From contig OX597841.1 in the NCBI GenBank assembly GCA_951406725.2, forward strand, positions 6,200,001-6,264,000: a DNA stretch of 64,000 bases. The letters run 5' to 3'. Shown in pieces: positions 59,457-64,000 of the stretch (position 1 is its first letter; the number at the start of each line of letters is the position of its first letter). Under the pieces are notes generated by a model. That model worked only from the letters and a program-made list of their open reading frames with translations, was not told the DNA's origin and did not search any database. The translations under genes and the position numbers were made by a program. The stretch is from Octopus vulgaris (Eukaryota).

Positions 59457-60755
59457 ATGGAGAACGTTGATGATTTGGACACTTCAAGCACAACTGTTTT
59501 TAGCAATATAGATACAGTTAGTGGAACAGACCGACATCAGAAAGCTGTTGACAAAAACATTCCTGAATATCGCTGTGAGATTTGTAGAAAAACATTCTCT
59601 TCAGAAGATGAAGTCGTCACACACAAAGAAATACACAGGAAGGAAAAACTGTTCCATTGTGATATCTGTGGGAAAGCTTTCACCCGGAATTCTCATGTTG
59701 TAGTTCACAAACGTAGTCACACGGGAGAAAAACCATTCCATTGCGAAATATGTGAGAAGTCTTTTGTTTCTAATAGCGTCCTAGCAACACACAAACGGAT
59801 CCACACGGGAGAGAAACCCTATCATTGTGAAATCTGCGGGAAATCTTTTGTCTCAAATAGTGATTTAACGATCCACAAACGGATCCATAGTGGGGAAAAG
59901 CCGTATCACTGTGAAATCTGTGGGAAAAGATTTGTTAATAATAGTAATTTAACGACGCACAGAAGTATTCACGTTGGGGAATCGCCCTATTATTGTGAGA
60001 TATGTGGGAAATATTTCGTGAAGAGCAGTAATTTAACGAGACACAAACGAATTCACTCTGGAGAAAAACCGTTCCACTGTGACATATGTGAGAAATCTTT
60101 CTCTGATAAATCTAGTCTTGCGTTCCATGAAAGACAACACTCTGGAGAAAAACCATATCGTTGTGAAATTTGTTCAAAATCGTTCTCTCAGAAATCTAGG
60201 CTTGTAGTTCACGAACGACTACACACGGGAATAAAACCTTATCATTGTCAAATATGTGAAAAATATTTTGTCTCAAATATTGGTCTCAAAAAACACTTAA
60301 GAATACACACGGGGGTAAACCCTTTCAGCTGCGAAATATGTGGAAAGTCTTTCACGCAAAATTCTAGTCTTCAAATACACAAGCTTAATCACATAGGAGA
60401 AAAACCTTTTCATTGTGATATATGTGGGAAGTCTTTCAGTCAAAATTCTAGCCTTCATATCCACAAACGTAGTCACACTGGGGTAAAGCCTTATCGCTGT
60501 GACATATGTGGGAAGTCTTTCACGCAAAATTCTAGCCTTCATATCCACAAACGTAGTCACACGGGAGAGAAACCTTACCATTGCGAAATCTGTGGGACAT
60601 GGTTTGTGTCTAGCAGTGACTTAACAAGGCACATACGGATCCACACGGGGGAAAAACCTTTTCACTGTGAAGTCTGTGGAAAATCCTTTTCTCAGAGTTC
60701 TAGTGTTGTTATCCACAAACGAAGCCACACGGGACGAAAGACATTATTATCGTAA
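59457..60755 (+). CDS. C2H2 zinc-finger protein (ZF8), 432 aa, about 14 fingers
   Basis: Intact ORF, head-to-head with ZF7. Confidence 0.93.
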   Translation: MENVDDLDTSSTTVFSNIDTVSGTDRHQKAVDKNIPEYRCEICRKTFSSEDEVVTHKEIHRKEKLFHCDICGKAFTRNSHVVVHKRSHTGEKPFHCEICEKSFVSNSVLATHKRIHTGEKPYHCEICGKSFVSNSDLTIHKRIHSGEKPYHCEICGKRFVNNSNLTTHRSIHVGESPYYCEICGKYFVKSSNLTRHKRIHSGEKPFHCDICEKSFSDKSSLAFHERQHSGEKPYRCEICSKSFSQKSRLVVHERLHTGIKPYHCQICEKYFVSNIGLKKHLRIHTGVNPFSCEICGKSFTQNSSLQIHKLNHIGEKPFHCDICGKSFSQNSSLHIHKRSHTGVKPYRCDICGKSFTQNSSLHIHKRSHTGEKPYHCEICGTWFVSSSDLTRHIRIHTGEKPFHCEVCGKSFSQSSSVVIHKRSHTGRKTLLS

Positions 60756-60946
60756 AAAATGGAGGAAATTGTTTGTCAGGTGTAGCAAAATGGCAAAACA
60801 CAAAAGGGTTCACCCTGGATGGAAACATTTTCAGTTGTAAAACATAATAAATGCATTTTTTTTTTAGAACATTTTATGATAATGAAATTGTGTTAGAAAT
60901 CATTTTCTTTATCTGAAATAAGATCTGTTCACCGTTCTGTTTTGTA

Positions 60947-61241
60947 GAGGCACATGGCCTAGCGGTTAGAGCAGCGGACTCGCGGTCGAGGGATCACAGG
61001 TTCGAATCTCAGACCAGACGATGTGTGTGTGTTTATGAGCGAAACACCTAAGCTCCACGCAGCTCCGGCAGAAGGTAATGGCGAAACCTCTGCTGACTCT
61101 TTCGCCACAACTTTCTCTCACTCTTTCCTCCTGCATCTTGCAGCTCACCTGCGACTGACCGGCGTCCCGTCCAGGTGGGGAACCTATACGCCAAGGAAAC
61201 CGGGAAACCGGCCCTTATGAGCCAGGAATGGCTCGAGAAGG
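60947..61241 (+). mobile_element. Family C-related SINE
   Basis: tRNA-like head TGGCCTAGCGGTTAGAGC..GGTTCGAATC followed by a non-tRNA body. Confidence 0.7.
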
Positions 61242-62126
61242 TACTTAGAGGATTTTTATTTCAAATATTCACAAAATTTTTACAAAATATTTAAATTGAC
61301 AAAAAAAATATTTCATCACAAATTTCAATATATAGAAATATATTTATATATATATATATATATAAATATATAAATAAATAAATGGAGTTGAACAAAGACG
61401 TTATTATAACTCTTTTACATTCGACACATGTTTCGAAGACAACATGGTTTTATTCCAAATTGTTTTCAGAGTTGGTTTTCTATTTTCTTTTCTTTTTTTT
61501 TTATTACAAGTGAAAAAACCAACGGTAAAATACGTTCCTCCCGTAACCATTTTATTCGGATGTCTTTTCATTTTCGTGTTTATTTACAAGTGCCCTATAA
61601 AACACCTCCTTGCCTTTATCAAGACAGAATCGTATGATTTGAAGGAGACTTGGCTGTTATTTCTAGAAGATCGAAAGACCACACAGAGACCCACTCCTTC
61701 GTAAGTAACTGTATTCGTGCAGCGTGATGATACTGGATACAAGTAAAAGAAATTTCTCTCTGTGCTATATTATATTGAGAACTTATTAACGTACGTCACC
61801 GGTTTCATCGAAACAAGGGAAATAATTATTGACGACACCGTATAACCGTGTTTCTGATTAATTGATCTGATCTAATTATGTCATGTCTTGTAATTATCTC
61901 GGTAATGTTTGTGGATAAGATAGGGCGACGGACATATTTCAGGGACGGTGCCCCTTCATGGCTTTAGATCGTTCATTGACCCGCCTGATTTCCTCTCGAA
62001 AGAAGGTAAGAATCGTTTTCTCATTGTAGTTGCAATTGCGAGGCTGAAAGGGTTAGGGTCGGGCAATTTCATCTCTGGCCCTGAATTGGTGAATTACTTC
62101 ACCTTTCACCTTCAAAGGAAAATAGG

Positions 62127-62226
62127 GCGATCCTTCGGTACAGGTACCGTAAGTACAGGAAGTGGCTTTGTTTACATATCTGAAGATAACAGAAACCCTT
62201 TTCTCCCACCCCTAACCCTAACCCCC

Positions 62227-62277
<51 letters not shown>

Positions 62278-62329
62278 CACTTTCTTGAAATGTATACGGT
62301 ACTTTCGGTACCTATACCGAAGGATCGCC
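62127..62329. mobile_element. Small MITE with GGCGATCCTTCGGTA TIRs and internal CCCTAA repeats
   Basis: ggcgatccttcggtacaggtaccg ... cggtacctataccgaaggatcgcc. Confidence 0.7.
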
Positions 62330-62381
62330 TTATTTGCTCTTTTACTTGTTTCAGTAATTTATTATGTTATTATAGTATTGC

Positions 62382-62760
62382 TCTTTTACTCTTTTACTTG
62401 TTTCAGTCATCTGACTGCGGCCATGCTGGAGCACCGCCTTTAATCGAGCAACTCGACCCCGGTACTTATTCTTTTGTAAGCCCAGTACTTATTCTATCGG
62501 TCTCTTTTGCCGAACCGCTAAGTAACGGAGACATAAACACACCAGCATCGATTGTCAAGCAATGCTAGGGGGGACAAACACACACACATATATATATATA
62601 TATACATATATACGACGGGCTTCTTTGAGTTTCCGTCTACCAAATCCACTCACAAGGCTTTGGTCGGCCTGAGGTTATAGTAGAAGACACTTGCCCAAGG
62701 TGCCACGCAGTGGGACTGAACCCGGAGCCATGTGACTGGTAAGCAAGCTACTTACCACAC
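62382..62760 (-). mobile_element. Family A SINE
   Basis: Full-length reverse-complement copy. Confidence 0.85.
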
Positions 62761-63298
62761 AATATATAAAAAAACACTTTCTTGAAATGTATCCGGTACT
62801 TTCGGTACCTATACCGAAGTTACGCCGAAAATAGGGCTAGAGAGAAAATGCCTGAATGTGAAAATGTTTGAAGATCGATGGAAGAATGTAACACGGATGT
62901 TGCGTGTGGGTGGAACCTCATGAATGCGACACAGGATGTAACTCGGGTATCAGTGGCGAGGCGGGACTCGTGGGGTCCGAATTAACCCTCCATCCGTAAT
63001 CTCTTCCAGTCTGTCTTATCGTTCGATTTCATTATATTTTCGTATTTGTGTGAAATTTTTAATGTCATCTTTTTGTATAATCATTCGTTCATCTGACCCC
63101 AAAATCAGATTGTATTGGCCCCTTGTGGGTAATAAAAAAAAATCTGGCTTTAGATCATTAATTGGTTGTTCCCTATTTTACAGGACAGGGGAAATGACCT
63201 AATCAACAGTGACTTAATCAAGGAACTTTCCTCATCCGTCTTCACTTTTCAAATTCGCAGACATTTGTCAGCTTTTTAAGAATTGCTCAGAAATTAAT

Positions 63299-64000
63299 AT
63301 GGAGAACGTTAATCATTTGGACATTTTTACCACAACTGTTTTTAACAATATGGATAAAGTTAGAATGAAGGTCGGAGGTGAGAAAGATGAAGACAAAAAT
63401 GTTCCTGAATATCACAGCGAGATTTGTCGGAAGGCATTCCCTGTCGAACGCAAAGACTTCACACACAAAGAAGTACATAGTAAGGAAAACTTGTTTCATT
63501 GTGAAATATGTGAGAAACCCTTTCTTAGAAACACCAGTCTTGTGGATCACGAATGTAGTCACGTCGGTGAAAAACGTTTTGACTGTGCAATTTGTGAGAA
63601 ACCCTTTCTTAGAAACACCAGTCTTGTGGATCACGAATGTAGTCACGTCGGTGAAAAACGTTTTGACTGTGAAATTTTTGAGAAATCTTTCGCTCGGGAT
63701 GCTTATCTTGTTCACAGCCGTTGTCACACCGGAAGAAAATCATCCCAGTGCGAAAAGTGTGACAAATCTTTTGACCCAAACAGAGATTTAACAACAACGC
63801 ACGTGAAAATATGCAATGAAGAAAAGCTATTCCAATGTGAAATATGTGAAAAAATTTTTGGCTCTAGTAGCATCCTGGCAACGCACATACGAATACACAC
63901 TGGTGAAAAACCGTTCCATTGTGAAATCTGTGGGAAATGTTTTGCTTATAAGCAACAACTTACGACACACAGTAGTCTACACACTGGGGAAAAACCTGAA
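63299..64000 (+). CDS. C2H2 zinc-finger protein (ZF9), 5' part; open to the window edge and absent from the ORF track
   Basis: Manual translation from ATG 63299 gives MENVNHLDIFTTTVFNNMDKV... with no stop in 234 codons. Early fingers are partly degenerate; one finger is tandemly duplicated (~63505-63670); the last fingers are canonical. Confidence 0.85.
   Translation, partial: MENVNHLDIFTTTVFNNMDKVRMKVGGEKDEDKNVPEYHSEICRKAFPVERKDFTHKEVHSKENLFHCEICEKPFLRNTSLVDHECSHVGEKRFDCAICEKPFLRNTSLVDHECSHVGEKRFDCEIFEKSFARDAYLVHSRCHTGRKSSQCEKCDKSFDPNRDLTTTHVKICNEEKLFQCEICEKIFGSSSILATHIRIHTGEKPFHCEICGKCFAYKQQLTTHSSLHTGEKPE

Overview
Eukaryotic, AT-rich, repeat-dense DNA, most likely a coleoid cephalopod (octopus-like); the taxon is inferred from the gene/repeat content, not from a search. 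The window is a cluster of nine paralogous C2H2 zinc-finger genes, each with its finger array in one long exon and no recognisable KRAB/SCAN/BTB/ZAD domain. Six have intact ORFs, two are disrupted, and one runs off the right edge and is missing from the ORF track. Between them lie tRNA-derived SINEs, RTE and CR1 LINEs, a Penelope-like element, a Gypsy remnant with a 3' LTR, a Helitron, several MITEs and long (TA)n tracts. Top finding: 5292-12890 is an inverted, circularly permuted copy of ~29957-36605. It creates a ~42-finger chimeric gene and has reciprocal MITE-hybrid junctions, as expected if a DNA circle excised between zinc-finger repeats re-integrated by crossover into a MITE. Also found: hammerhead-ribozyme-like motifs with a CCGANGA core in Penelope-type repeats, and a conserved upstream mini-exon that can add 42 aa in frame. 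Coordinates were read by eye; repeat edges are approximate.
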